In this document: positions 28,751-39,461 of the stretch, piece after piece
How the letters are laid out: each line of letters opens with the position of its first letter
Position numbering within the stretch: the first letter of the stretch is position 1
Virus record (IMG/VR): IMGVR_UViG_3300028364_001588
DNA length: 64,000 bases
Origin: a virus
Strand: one strand, 5' to 3'
Notes under the pieces: generated by a model
Database searches by the model: none
What the model was told of the DNA's origin: nothing
The model's input: only the letters and a program-made list of their open reading frames with translations
Program-made: the position numbers and the translations under genes

Positions 28751-29006
28751 TTGTTATGTTTTTAACGTGTTCATCTAATCTCTTGATAACAGACCTAAAG
28801 TCTTCATCAACTTCTTCTCCTACCACATATTTTGGATACACACATTCAACTCTAATGTTTGATTCATCTCTTACTGGAATAAAATACTGAGTCAATTCTT
28901 CATCTTTGAGACCTTTGCTTATGGTATCAATATGTTCTTCCACATCGCTGTGGTCTAAATTTCCAATACCAATATAGTATGCTATTATAATTTTTTTATT
29001 GCTCAT
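28740..29006 (-). CDS. Hypothetical protein
   Basis: Overlap-coupled ORF. Confidence 0.55.
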   Translation of the reverse strand: MSNKKIIIAYYIGIGNLDHSDVEEHIDTISKGLKDEELTQYFIPVRDESNIRVECVYPKYVVGEEVDEDFRSVIKRLDEHVKNITNEQ

Positions 29007-29988
29007 TTTCTTCTTTTTTTTCTACCATCTTTGCAACTGCATCAATAGAGTTATTTATTACTTTCTGCTCTTCTTCCGTTAGGTCATCAAACAGTTTTCC
29101 ATGCTTCTTTGCTGCGATAGCATCGAGAGCACCTTTTCCTGAGTCTAATAAAAACCCAAGGTCAAGCTCTTGGTGGCACCCTTCTATTTCTAAACTTAGA
29201 AAATCTATATCCTTTAAAATCGGTGCCTCACCTTTGATTAATTGTTCATTCATTCTTTGTCTGGCTTTTTTAGCCTGAATGTCTTTTAGTGTCATAGTCA
29301 TCTCGTTTTCAACAGACATTTGAACCCTTCCTATTGGAACATTTACAAGTGTGCTGTGATTGTATGATGCCATTTTGTTTCTTGGGAACATTTCGGCAAA
29401 GTCAAACAGAGCCATTTCTAACTCTTCGGCTCCAGTGAATTTAGACTTGCGAACAAGTTTATAAATATCTTTTCTCCTAAAGATGTGGCCATTCAATGCA
29501 AATGGGTATCCGAAGTCAAGATAGTGAAGACTCCAATCCCATTTCATTGTATTGCCGTCATGCTCCATATCGTGCATTACATTGTCTGCACCGAGCGTAT
29601 AACACTTGGTTACGTTTTCTCCAAGCCTAAGAGAAAAGCAAACAACATCTTCATCAGACTCAATCTGAGTTGTGATGTCTTCTGTTTTTACTTCCCTGTA
29701 TAATATGTCATCATCCAAGAAGAAGCAGGCATAATCATGTTTGGTTTTAAGTAGTGCAAGAACTTGTTCTTTAAATTCCTTTTCTTGCATCACAAAATTT
29801 ACATCACTAAAATTGGGGTCATTAATAACTCTCCCATATCCTTTATCATAATCTTCGCTCGTATGACTTACGATTACATTTAAGTCAAAAACTCCAGAAG
29901 CATGTTTGTTTACACTTTCAAGAAACAGTCTCAACTGAGCTGCTTTATCACGACTAAATACTATTGCATTAATTTTATGATTCATCAC
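28996..29988 (-). CDS. GT-A fold glycosyltransferase-like protein
   Basis: IVFSRDK..QL, FFLDDD, FSLRLG, DFGYP..LNGHIF. Confidence 0.6.
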   Translation of the reverse strand: MMNHKINAIVFSRDKAAQLRLFLESVNKHASGVFDLNVIVSHTSEDYDKGYGRVINDPNFSDVNFVMQEKEFKEQVLALLKTKHDYACFFLDDDILYREVKTEDITTQIESDEDVVCFSLRLGENVTKCYTLGADNVMHDMEHDGNTMKWDWSLHYLDFGYPFALNGHIFRRKDIYKLVRKSKFTGAEELEMALFDFAEMFPRNKMASYNHSTLVNVPIGRVQMSVENEMTMTLKDIQAKKARQRMNEQLIKGEAPILKDIDFLSLEIEGCHQELDLGFLLDSGKGALDAIAAKKHGKLFDDLTEEEQKVINNSIDAVAKMVEKKEENEQ

Positions 29989-30322
29989 TATTTGTTTCTG
30001 GAGTATTATGTCTATTTAGAATTTCAATAATTTTATCTTTATTTTGAAGTCCTACAAACTTATCAACTTGTTGTCCTTCTTTAATTACAATGACTGTTGG
30101 CAAGTTTCTTATACCATATTTAGCTGATAGTTCTGGGTTTTCATCTACATTTATTTTTACAACAGTAACATTCTCTACCTCCTCAGATACCTTCTCAAGT
30201 TCTGGAGAGAGAGTTTTGCAAGGCCCACACCAATTGGCATAGAAATCTACGAGTAATATATTTTTTTCAGAGTCCAATATTTGCTGAAACTCTTCTTGAT
30301 TTGCGTTAATTAACTTTCCCAT
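29975..30322 (-). CDS. trxA: Thioredoxin
   Basis: DFYANWCGPCK active site. Confidence 0.95.
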   Translation of the reverse strand: MGKLINANQEEFQQILDSEKNILLVDFYANWCGPCKTLSPELEKVSEEVENVTVVKINVDENPELSAKYGIRNLPTVIVIKEGQQVDKFVGLQNKDKIIEILNRHNTPETNSDES

Positions 30323-30455
30323 TTCTTAAATTTTTTATTTTTTATCGGTTTATACAAATTATCTCTATTTATAATAAAGCATTTGCTTTTAGGAAAAATA
30401 AATAATTGCATTGAGAAAATCAATTTTTTTGAATATTTATTAGAAAACAATAAAG

Positions 30456-30839
30456 ATGAACAAATCAAAAGTTAGCCCAAACGCTATTAAGAAAGCTGTC
30501 TTCGCAGAAGGTCTTAGAATCAAAAGGAAGGAAGAGCTTTACGAGGAGGTAAAACGAATCGAAACAGAACTCGGAACTATCAACGAAGCAAGTGAGAACA
30601 TTCTTTCTGAAATCGGTATGGCAGGTTCATTTGGTTTTGTAGGAGACCAGTCAGATAATCACAAGCATGGATTTGTGGATGACAACTTCCAAAATATTTC
30701 TAACATCGCAAGATTAGAAAAAGAATTTGCTTCAGCAGATTCTAAAGAATCAATGAACGAAGACGTTATTGATGAGAATACACAACTTAAGGCTCAAATC
30801 GAAGAGCTTAAGAAACAACTTGAGGAATCAAAAAAATAA
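30456..30839 (+). CDS. Putative internal head protein
   Basis: TATTTAT at 30434; several [ILM]xE prohead-protease-type sites. Confidence 0.55.
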   Translation: MNKSKVSPNAIKKAVFAEGLRIKRKEELYEEVKRIETELGTINEASENILSEIGMAGSFGFVGDQSDNHKHGFVDDNFQNISNIARLEKEFASADSKESMNEDVIDENTQLKAQIEELKKQLEESKK

Positions 30840-30870
30840 TCAATCATAAACCAAAAAAAACTATTAAGTC

Positions 30871-31692
30871 ATGAAAAAAGACAAATTTCAAATAACAATG
30901 CCTGAGCTTCAAAAGCTAATCAAAGAAGAATACTCTTCTATGGCAAAAAAAGCTTCAAGAGCTGGAGAGATTCAGAACAGACTTAAAGCTATTAACGAAG
31001 AATTAGAAACTTTACCTGAAACTCTTTCAGAAGTAGAAGCTGGCGGCCTTAAAGGTGTTAAGTCAACTGGATGGACTGGAGCTGGAGAAGAAGATAAGAA
31101 GTATGATGAAAAATTCGAAAAAATCGGAACTCACTTAAAGGAGGATGAAGAAATCGAAGGAGAAATGGAAATGGGCGGAGAAGAAGAGTCTATGGGAGGT
31201 CCAGAAATGGGAGAGCCAGAGATGGAAGCTCCAGAAATGGGATATTTCGAATTAAAATTCGCAGAACTTGGAAAAGAGCTTGATGCTAAAGTAGGTGGTG
31301 AAGAAATGGATATGGAAGTTGAAGCTGGTGACGGTGAAGAAATGGAAGTTGAAATGGGCGTTGAAGAGAACGTTGAAATGGCATCTAATGATTCTGTTGC
31401 TTCTGAAGGTCTTTCTGAGGAAGTTGAAGTTGAAGAAGAAGTTGTTGCTGAAGAAATGGAAACAGAGGAAGAAGCAGAAATTGTTTCTGAAGACCTTGAA
31501 GAGCCAATCGAAGGAAAAACTCCAGCACAAGATTCTGATGCAAGATTCAATGATTACATGGAAAAAGATAAGCACGTTAAAGAAAGCGTAAATGCTCCAG
31601 GAGCTGGAGTTTTAAGCGAAGGATATTCTACTCAAAAGAAAACTGCACTTAGCAGCGAACTTGAAAGAATGAAAAGACTTGCTAAGTTATAA
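30871..31692 (+). CDS. Acidic putative prohead core/internal head protein
   Basis: LQKLIKEE, E/M-rich; C-terminal ERMKRLAKL resembles the scaffold's RMKQLAGI. Confidence 0.6.
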   Translation: MKKDKFQITMPELQKLIKEEYSSMAKKASRAGEIQNRLKAINEELETLPETLSEVEAGGLKGVKSTGWTGAGEEDKKYDEKFEKIGTHLKEDEEIEGEMEMGGEEESMGGPEMGEPEMEAPEMGYFELKFAELGKELDAKVGGEEMDMEVEAGDGEEMEVEMGVEENVEMASNDSVASEGLSEEVEVEEEVVAEEMETEEEAEIVSEDLEEPIEGKTPAQDSDARFNDYMEKDKHVKESVNAPGAGVLSEGYSTQKKTALSSELERMKRLAKL

Positions 31693-31703
31693 GAGAATCA
31701 CCA

Positions 31704-32357
31704 ATGGATGGTAATAAAAATATAATTAGAAACCTAATTAAAAAAGAAAGCCTGAGAATTATAAAAGAATCTCAGGCTTCTTTTTTGAAGGAGGATTCTG
31801 GTGACGTTCAAAATGTCATCAAGGATGTCGATGAAGGTATTATCGGTGTTAATGAAAAAAGACTGGCCAAACTTGAAGGTGAGGAAAAATCTGCTAAAGA
31901 TAAAGAAGATTTTGCTGAACTTAAAAGAATCAAAGAGGAACAGCTTGACTCTACAGAAAAACTTATTAGAGGTTATGCTAAAAAAGTAGAACTTCTTACC
32001 AAGGTTAGAGTTGAACTGCAAGAAGAAATGATAAACATTGAAACTAATGGTTCTGGAGTATTTAAAAACCAAGAGATGAGCGAATTCAATAACGAAAGCT
32101 TTGAAAAAGATTGGGGACTTAGAATTGAGACTCCCAACACTTCTACTGGCCTTGTTAAAGTATTAGATACTAACGCATACAAAGTTGTTGACACAAATAT
32201 ACCAAGCCTTGTAGTGGGCGATTTACTTCAGTTACCAGACCTTAAAATAGGAGGAGCTGGTAGTGTTAAAGTTTATAGAAAAGTTGGAGAGAGACATGAA
32301 AATGTTGCCAACTTCAAAATAGAAAATATCACTAAACTGGTTAAGAATCCACAATAA
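31704..32357 (+). CDS. Putative internal head protein
   Basis: IRNLIKKESLRIIKES N-terminal motif. Confidence 0.55.
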   Translation: MDGNKNIIRNLIKKESLRIIKESQASFLKEDSGDVQNVIKDVDEGIIGVNEKRLAKLEGEEKSAKDKEDFAELKRIKEEQLDSTEKLIRGYAKKVELLTKVRVELQEEMINIETNGSGVFKNQEMSEFNNESFEKDWGLRIETPNTSTGLVKVLDTNAYKVVDTNIPSLVVGDLLQLPDLKIGGAGSVKVYRKVGERHENVANFKIENITKLVKNPQ

Positions 32358-32423
32358 CAAAAAACTATAAAACAAAAAAGCTCGTTAAAATTAATTAACG
32401 AGCTTTTTTTATGTTCCAATGTA

Positions 32424-32594
32424 TTATTTTAAAAGTTGTCTTCCATCATCTGTTGTGATGTTATCTTCTCTTTCGACAATATCGTTTTTACCAACGCTAA
32501 TTTTCTTAGCAACCTTTTTCAAAGGAGTGTCAACTTTTTCAGGACTCAATAATCCTTTGTCGTTTTTTTTATTATCTGTACTTTCAGTTATCAT
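32424..32594 (-). CDS. Small protein, tandem paralog 1 (likely start 32594)
   Basis: DKGLLS...TxDGRxxL motif shared with the neighbour. Confidence 0.5.
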   Translation of the reverse strand: MITESTDNKKNDKGLLSPEKVDTPLKKVAKKISVGKNDIVEREDNITTDDGRQLLK

Positions 32595-32604
32595 ATCTTT
32601 ATTT

Positions 32605-32808
32605 TTAATTGAGAATCTCTCTCCCATCATTGGTTAATAGCTTGCCTTCGTTTTTAGACATAAGTCCATCGCTTTTTTTAGATTCCTCTATTTTTTTAGC
32701 TTTCTTTTGAGCGTTTTCTCTTAGAGCTTCACGACTTAAAAGTCCTTTGTCTGCCTTTTTAGATTTATCGTCTCCAGGCATTTCTGGTGAAAAATATTGC
32801 ATGTTCAT
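32605..32808 (-). CDS. Small protein, tandem paralog 2
   Basis: DKGLLS...TNDGREILN; TATTTAT at 32823-32829. Confidence 0.55.
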   Translation of the reverse strand: MNMQYFSPEMPGDDKSKKADKGLLSREALRENAQKKAKKIEESKKSDGLMSKNEGKLLTNDGREILN

Positions 32809-32858
32809 CTTTGTTGTTTTCTATAAATAGAAAAAAATAATAAAATTTACCCCTAAAA

Positions 32859-33647
32859 TTAAGTGTTCCTAATTGTGCCTGGCATTTTTCCAGAATCTTC
32901 AAATTGCTCAAACCTATCAATAATATCAATAAGAATTTGTTCACGAACAATATCATCACGTTCGAATTTAAAATTTTCACAACCATTTATTGTGCTAATT
33001 ATATCTACAAAAGTATCGACAGCAACATATTTCTTGTTAATGTCATTTTGTCTTGTATCTCCCATGAAAACAATCTTACTATTTCTACCAAGACGAGTAA
33101 CAATACTCTTAAGTGCTTTTATGTCAAAGTTTTGGAATTCATCCACAATAATATAAGAATCTTTTAAAGAACGCCCTCTTAAAAACTGAGCTGGTTTAAA
33201 TTCTATCAACTTCTCATCCCACAGGTGTTTAAAGTCTCCTGGAGATAAGAATTCTTCGAAAGAATCTATAAATGATTCTGCAAATACTGCCATTTTTTCA
33301 TCAAGCGTACCTGGAAGTGCCCCTGGGTCTCTTGTTCCAGATAAAACCTCAGTAGGTTTTGATAGGATTATTTTCTTACACTTACCAGCAAGTAATGCTT
33401 GAACTGCTGAATAACATGCGATAAATGTCTTTGATGTTCCTGGAGGCCCTGTTACAGTTATGATTTTGTTTTTTTCAAGGATTGATAAAACTTTTTTTTG
33501 TTTGCTTGTAAGTTCGAAATCTAAACCTTTTATTTTAACAAATTCATTTGTTGTTTTTACTGAGTTTTTATAGTTTTGAACCTCTTCTAAATCAAATTTA
33601 GAAGGTTTTTTACTTTCTCTTCTCGGTGTGTTTCTATTTTTAGCCAT
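32859..33647 (-). CDS. phoH: PhoH family ATPase
   Basis: GPPGTSKT, LPG..DEK, FLRGRS, DEFQN, TRLG, GDTRQND, DIVR. Confidence 0.93.
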   Translation of the reverse strand: MAKNRNTPRRESKKPSKFDLEEVQNYKNSVKTTNEFVKIKGLDFELTSKQKKVLSILEKNKIITVTGPPGTSKTFIACYSAVQALLAGKCKKIILSKPTEVLSGTRDPGALPGTLDEKMAVFAESFIDSFEEFLSPGDFKHLWDEKLIEFKPAQFLRGRSLKDSYIIVDEFQNFDIKALKSIVTRLGRNSKIVFMGDTRQNDINKKYVAVDTFVDIISTINGCENFKFERDDIVREQILIDIIDRFEQFEDSGKMPGTIRNT

Positions 33648-33745
33648 ATATTATTTTGTATAGTAATAAATAAGCATTTTTTTTGTGAAATACAAGCATA
33701 TTCGGTTTAATAAAAATCTGAATATTTATATAGAAAGCCTCTAAA

Positions 33746-34834
33746 ATGAAATTAAACACTGAAGAATTAAAGACTTTAATTGCAAATCAAATAAGAAACG
33801 AGAATCTAAACGGCTCTCTTCCTGATGATGCAATCGAAAGAATAAAAGAAAAAATACTTGCAAAGAACGCTCACGAGTCTGCGCAAGGAATACCAGAAGT
33901 AGTTTCTGAAGACAGTTTTAATACCGATGATAGAGTGTTTCCTGACGAAAGAGAAGGAACTCCTTCTCCAGAGCAACAATTAGATATGACTGGAAGTACT
34001 CAGCCAGAAGTTTTTGTAGATGCTGGAGCCGTATCTATGAATAACACAACTGCGCCAACTATGGGATACACCCCAGAGCTTCCAGAGATGCTTAAAAAAG
34101 CTGCACCTGGAGAATTGTTTGTGTTTAGATATAATGACGTAGGAGAAAGCGGAGAAAACCTTAGCTTTAAGCCTATGAGGCTAATGAATGACCCTGATGT
34201 AAAGAAGTCGATGAACGACCTTTGGATACAGGAGGGAAAAACAAAAGCAGACGTATATGTTGCTAAGCTTGAAAAGATGGGAGAAATTGAGTTTAATTAT
34301 TCAGATGGGACAAGTAAGTTTACAGAAACAGCTTCACTTCCAGATTATGCTGGGGGACCTCAATATAAAGACAACCCTTATGCTGAAAAGTCATTACCAC
34401 AAATAGATGCTGCTACAAAAAACGAACTTGAGACCTACGTTAAATCATCAGTTGATTTAGAAAAAGTTGTTCATGACATCGTGATGAATATTGTTAAAGA
34501 CTCTCTTCTTACTAATACAGAAAAAGCTGTGAGTACAGATGGTGTACAGGAAGATATAGCACCAAGAGTTGATAGGCCTGGATATGGCGCAGAAACTACT
34601 CAAATGGTTAGACCAATGGAAGAAGGTTTTACTCTTTCTATGAGAGAAATTGCAGAGGGAGAATCTTATAAAAAGATTGACCTACCTAAAGGTTTGAATG
34701 AAGCTATATCATCAGGAGACAAAGGTATGCTGGTTCAAGAAAATGAAACTATGCAACAGTGGGAATTTGAAAATAAGACATATTTCACCCCAACGGATAG
34801 GCTTTCAAAAACAAAAGGATACATTAAGTCTTAA
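33746..34834 (+). CDS. Putative internal head/virion protein
   Basis: TATTTAT at 33723; LKTLIA..IRNE and LNE sites. Confidence 0.5.
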   Translation: MKLNTEELKTLIANQIRNENLNGSLPDDAIERIKEKILAKNAHESAQGIPEVVSEDSFNTDDRVFPDEREGTPSPEQQLDMTGSTQPEVFVDAGAVSMNNTTAPTMGYTPELPEMLKKAAPGELFVFRYNDVGESGENLSFKPMRLMNDPDVKKSMNDLWIQEGKTKADVYVAKLEKMGEIEFNYSDGTSKFTETASLPDYAGGPQYKDNPYAEKSLPQIDAATKNELETYVKSSVDLEKVVHDIVMNIVKDSLLTNTEKAVSTDGVQEDIAPRVDRPGYGAETTQMVRPMEEGFTLSMREIAEGESYKKIDLPKGLNEAISSGDKGMLVQENETMQQWEFENKTYFTPTDRLSKTKGYIKS

Positions 34835-34888
34835 AAACACTTTAATTTTATTCATTTGGATTTTACATTAAAAGAAAACAAACAAATT

Positions 34889-35161
34889 ATGAGTACTTGG
34901 AAAATTAAGAACATAACAGATAATCCAGTTAAAATTTCTGTAGCACTTGGTGCCAACAGTAATCCTGGGATTATATTAAAGCCTGGTGAAATGGTTTTGT
35001 CTATTGCAAGACTTACAGCGCCATTGGACGCACAAGAAAGAAGAAGCGCAGTTGAAGTTGACAGAAGCTTTGATAATTCTGAACTTAACTTACCTCTCGG
35101 TACTGTTATGTTAGATATTGATGCAGCGACTCAAAACGTAGAAGATTATTCTGGAGAGTAA
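34889..35161 (+). CDS. Hypothetical virion-associated protein (likely start MSTW at 34889)
   Basis: IKNITDNPV..ILKPGE beta-strand pattern. Confidence 0.5.
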   Translation: MSTWKIKNITDNPVKISVALGANSNPGIILKPGEMVLSIARLTAPLDAQERRSAVEVDRSFDNSELNLPLGTVMLDIDAATQNVEDYSGE

Positions 35162-35520
35162 TGTTTAAGCCTGAATTAAAAGATACTGGTTGGGAAATAG
35201 CCCCAGAAGTAATTTTTGAAATTACTGGAGAAAACTACAAAGAGTCAGAACGAATTTTTTTAAACAACTATAATTATAGTGTAGAAGAGAAAAAATTATC
35301 AACCCTAATGAATAATTCTTTAATGAATATAATTTGGGACTCAATTACTATCTCAGAATTAGAAAATCATTTTAAGAAAGCTATCTCTGAAGAAGATAGT
35401 CAACTTAGATTAGAACTTGATGAAGGTGTTGTATTTGGGTGGTTACACTATAATAGAAATAATAAAATTAACACCTTTAGATTTAAAATAAACTTAAAGG
35501 GAGGGTTTAGTAAGTGCTAA
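35161..35520 (+). CDS. Hypothetical protein
   Basis: TAATG-coupled to the preceding ORF. Confidence 0.5.
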   Translation: MFKPELKDTGWEIAPEVIFEITGENYKESERIFLNNYNYSVEEKKLSTLMNNSLMNIIWDSITISELENHFKKAISEEDSQLRLELDEGVVFGWLHYNRNNKINTFRFKINLKGGFSKC

Positions 35521-35642
35521 ACATAACATACTTAAAATCAATTGAAAGAGGTCAGAAATGTCCTCTTTTTTTGCTTTTTATAATTTAAGTATTGATTTTG
35601 TGACAATCAAGATTTATATTTTTAGAAATCATACTTAAATTC

Positions 35643-36950
35643 ATGAAAGATAAGATTAAAATACTAATTATCCCCTCAGATACAATGGGAGTGGGACATT
35701 TTCGTTCGATTTGGCCAGCCCAATCAATGGAGAGAGATTATAGCGATAAAGTTGATGTAGAAATCAACCACCAACCAAACATTGAGAATATTGAATACCT
35801 TACGTCATTCGATATAATTCATTTTCACAGACACATAGGTCCTTATGAAGGTTCTGCTGAATTATTTCCAAAAATACAAGCTGCAGGAACAATACTTGTC
35901 ATGGATATTGATGACTTTTGGGAACCGCCTTCAACTCACCCTCTTTATGAAGTCGTGAAGAAAGAACGGTTATCTGAAAAGATTAGTGGAAATTTGAAGC
36001 TGGTTGACTACGTGACAACGACTACTGAAGTTTTTGCCGAGCAAATAAGACAGTTTAACAAAAATGTTTTCGTTATTCCTAATGCACTAAACATGGAGCA
36101 CAAAATGTGGGTTTCTGAATCACAAGAAAATCCTACAGATAGATGTAGAATATCTTGGATTGGAGGTTCTTCTCACTTGCATGACCTTGAGCTTATGAAG
36201 CCAGGTTTTCAAAGATTATGGGGCAACTCTGAATTAAAGGACAAATTTCAAATAATCATGTGTGGATTTGACACAAGAGGTAGTATTACAGAAATGACTC
36301 CAGAAGGTCAAGGTAGAACACGACCAATTAAGCCACACGAAACTGTATGGTTAAAATTTGAGGAGTTTTTTACAAGCAATCACAAAGGGGCAGAAAACGA
36401 CCCAGAGTATTACAAGTGGCTTAGTAAAATAAAAAAACCTAAATCAAGTGATTATAAAGATGCTCAGTATGAAAAAGACTATGTGAGAAGATGGACTCTT
36501 CCGCTTACACAATACGGTAGACACTATGATTATTGTGACGTTTGTCTTGCTCCGCTAATTGATACGTGGATTGAGAAAAAAGAGCATAAAAAACCAGACG
36601 GACGAGTTAGTGTTCAAGAAATAAAAAGAAGACACGTATTTAACGAAGTTAAGTCGGAGCTTAAGATTATTGAGGCTGGTATGAAAAAGAAAGTTCTTAT
36701 TGCACAGGACTTCGGAATCTATAAAGAATTAATAGAGGATGGAAAAACTGGATTGCTCGTTAAGAATGACCAAAAAGATTGGTATAAACATATGAAGCGA
36801 GTAATTGAAGACCCTGAGTACAGAGCTGAGCTTGCTGAAAATCTACATGAATTTGTTAAAGACAAATATGAGATTACAGGCGTTACTGGAGATAGAATTA
36901 AAATCTATGAGCAGATAATGGAAAAAGTTAAATCAAAAGAATTAGCATAA
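35643..36950 (+). CDS. GT-B (GT4-like) glycosyltransferase
   Basis: GVGHFR, MDIDDFW, WIGGSSHLHDL, LAPL...FN.VKSELKIIEAG, GLLV. Confidence 0.8.
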   Translation: MKDKIKILIIPSDTMGVGHFRSIWPAQSMERDYSDKVDVEINHQPNIENIEYLTSFDIIHFHRHIGPYEGSAELFPKIQAAGTILVMDIDDFWEPPSTHPLYEVVKKERLSEKISGNLKLVDYVTTTTEVFAEQIRQFNKNVFVIPNALNMEHKMWVSESQENPTDRCRISWIGGSSHLHDLELMKPGFQRLWGNSELKDKFQIIMCGFDTRGSITEMTPEGQGRTRPIKPHETVWLKFEEFFTSNHKGAENDPEYYKWLSKIKKPKSSDYKDAQYEKDYVRRWTLPLTQYGRHYDYCDVCLAPLIDTWIEKKEHKKPDGRVSVQEIKRRHVFNEVKSELKIIEAGMKKKVLIAQDFGIYKELIEDGKTGLLVKNDQKDWYKHMKRVIEDPEYRAELAENLHEFVKDKYEITGVTGDRIKIYEQIMEKVKSKELA

Positions 36951-36951
36951 C

Positions 36952-36989
36952 AAAAAAAGGGACTTCATAACGAAGTCCCTTTCTTTTTT
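36952..36989. terminator. Bidirectional terminator between convergent genes
   Basis: AAAGGGACTTC-loop-GAAGTCCCTTT with A/T runs. Confidence 0.8.
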
Positions 36990-37006
36990 CACTCTGGAGA
37001 GAATGA

Positions 37007-39328
37007 TTACAACTTAATAGTTGCTTGTTTGTCGATAACAGTACATGTAATGTCTGTTCCATCAAATGGAATTGTCATTTCATTTTGGTCTCTATTCTCA
37101 AATTCTGAGAACCAAGATTTACCAACAATAGTTAAGAATTTAGCTCTTGAGATTTGACCCATAAGCTTAGTCTTAGTTTTTCTAAAGTCATCAGATTTAG
37201 CATAAATCCACTCTTCAATCATCATTGACTTCTTGTCCTCTGGAAGGCTTGAGATAGTTTTTTCAAAAGCGATAAACTCTCTGATTGAAGGTGCTGCAAG
37301 AGCTTCTTTACCAGAAAGACTGTCGTCAAGTCCAGCGATGATTTTCTTTTCAGCAGATTCAAACTCTTTTTTAGTAGGATTAGCTGTAAGACCTTTGATT
37401 TTAACCTCAAGTGTGTTAACCTCAATTTCTTCATTCATCTTCTCTACTTTGCTCTTAGGACTGAATCCATTAGCTGTAAGTCCGATTTCTTTAAGCCATG
37501 CTGTAGCATCTTCACCATAAAGGTCAAGGAAACCTTTGCTTGCTCCATCAAAGAATCTTTTCTTGTATTGTCCAAACACATAGTTAGACGCTTTAAGCTT
37601 AGCAAGTTCATGCGCTTCTTTGAATAACGCTTCAGCAGAAAGAGATTGAACCATCTGTCTATTAATTACAGGAAGCTTAGAGAAGTTAAGAACATAAATT
37701 GTTCCTTCTGCATAAGTTTCTCCTTCTAAAAGACCATTAGCCTGAAGTGTATCAAATGTAGTTTTGCTTAAACTAACTGGTAACTCATAAGTCCAGATTA
37801 CACCGTCTTGAATGATTGTGTAGTTTCTAAATATTTGAGTATCAAACTTAGCGTCAAGCCCATAACTGTTTGAAGGCAAGTTTACATATCCCTTAAAGTT
37901 AACGAGAACTGAAAGGTTTGCTCTTGTTTCGTTCCAAGTAAGACTTGAAAAAGAAGATGCTGGCATTTCTTCATTAAAAATAAATTTAATTGGCTCAACA
38001 ATGTTTGCTTTAACTTCTTGAAGTTTTGCTTCAAGACCGTCAAGGTCTCCTTCGTTTAATAAATCAGATAGAGAAGATTTATCTTCATCCGTCATCTCAG
38101 ACTTAACAGCAACCGCTTTTCCTCCAGTTCTTTTGTAAGAAAAAGATTCGTGTCTTGGGTACCAAACATTCTCGTCATCAGACATAAGAGTGTCAAATAA
38201 ATCCATAACACAAAACGCATCTTCTGCAGGTTCTAAGTCTGGATTGTATCCTTGTTGGTATCTTTCGCTTGGGTTTCTCATTGCATTAATGAACTTAAAT
38301 TCAAGTTCGTTAATCTTTTGAGTACCAAAAGTGTTTGTTTTTTCAGTAATCAAATAAGCATCACCTAAGAAGCCTAATATTTCAGAAACTGTATTATAAT
38401 CACTCACTCTTGAGTATGCAAAGGCAGCTCCATAAAGTCCAGCGAAAATAGAATCAGAAGTATCTCCTCTAAGCACTGCATCAGAGATGAAGTTTTCATC
38501 ACCAAGATATTTAGCATTTGGAGTTTCTTCAGTAAAGTAGAATAAATCTACATCACCTTCAACGCTTAAGAAAATTTCATTATCTTCATTTGGAAGATAT
38601 GTAACGATGTCTCCATCAATAACATTGAATACAACTCCATTGTGCGGAGTGTGGTCAAGCTTAACATAACGTCTTTTAGATGTTTGACCTCCAGTGAATA
38701 CTTTTTCAGAATATGGCTCATACTCATCGAAGCCTTCGCTAAAAGTATGTACTCCACCGATTGTGGTAGCCATCTCATTAAGGAGTTGTTTGTTGCAGTA
38801 CCATCCGTACTCTACGATGATTGCGCTTGAAAGTTCTTCCTTAACATCTTCAACAGCCTTAAGGACTTCTGAAGTTGTGTTACGATTATCGTGACCATCA
38901 GTCAAGAAAAACATTGTGTGAAGCATATCTGGGTTTCTCTTAGAAACTCTTTTGATTACTTCTTTTAATTCAACAAGCGGCTCTTTGAACGATGTCAAAC
39001 ACTGCGGTGTTAAATATTTATCAATAAGGTTTTTTACCTTACTAAGTTCAGTTGTTCCATTTACGTGGTAATCCTCAAGAAGAACTCCGCACTCGTTTCT
39101 ACCTGAGAACCAAATCAGCGTAACTGAATCACTTAGCTTAAGCATTGTAGAAATTTTGTTGTAGAGGTCTCTTCTAATAGAGTCCAATTCTCCCCACATT
39201 GAACCTGAACAGTCGATAATGAATGTGTGATGTGCCGATACATCTACAACCTTTTGGTTTCCGTTTTCTGGTTTTACAACCTGATTCAAGAAGTTAAGAT
39301 TGTCCGAGGCTTTTAAATACTTAGACAT
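37007..39328 (-). CDS. Large vWA-domain protein (773 aa)
   Basis: IIDCSGSM MIDAS, FLTDGHD, VEYGWY; C-terminal region unrecognised. Confidence 0.75.
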   Translation of the reverse strand: MSKYLKASDNLNFLNQVVKPENGNQKVVDVSAHHTFIIDCSGSMWGELDSIRRDLYNKISTMLKLSDSVTLIWFSGRNECGVLLEDYHVNGTTELSKVKNLIDKYLTPQCLTSFKEPLVELKEVIKRVSKRNPDMLHTMFFLTDGHDNRNTTSEVLKAVEDVKEELSSAIIVEYGWYCNKQLLNEMATTIGGVHTFSEGFDEYEPYSEKVFTGGQTSKRRYVKLDHTPHNGVVFNVIDGDIVTYLPNEDNEIFLSVEGDVDLFYFTEETPNAKYLGDENFISDAVLRGDTSDSIFAGLYGAAFAYSRVSDYNTVSEILGFLGDAYLITEKTNTFGTQKINELEFKFINAMRNPSERYQQGYNPDLEPAEDAFCVMDLFDTLMSDDENVWYPRHESFSYKRTGGKAVAVKSEMTDEDKSSLSDLLNEGDLDGLEAKLQEVKANIVEPIKFIFNEEMPASSFSSLTWNETRANLSVLVNFKGYVNLPSNSYGLDAKFDTQIFRNYTIIQDGVIWTYELPVSLSKTTFDTLQANGLLEGETYAEGTIYVLNFSKLPVINRQMVQSLSAEALFKEAHELAKLKASNYVFGQYKKRFFDGASKGFLDLYGEDATAWLKEIGLTANGFSPKSKVEKMNEEIEVNTLEVKIKGLTANPTKKEFESAEKKIIAGLDDSLSGKEALAAPSIREFIAFEKTISSLPEDKKSMMIEEWIYAKSDDFRKTKTKLMGQISRAKFLTIVGKSWFSEFENRDQNEMTIPFDGTDITCTVIDKQATIKL

Positions 39329-39461
39329 AATACTCTGTTATTTGTTAAAATTTAATTGTCGATGCGAAGATATAGAAAAAAGATACTCCAGCAAAATTTT
39401 TCTTGATTTATTGTCTTTTTTGATGTATTTATTAGAAAGAGACTCTATAAAAATTTTTACA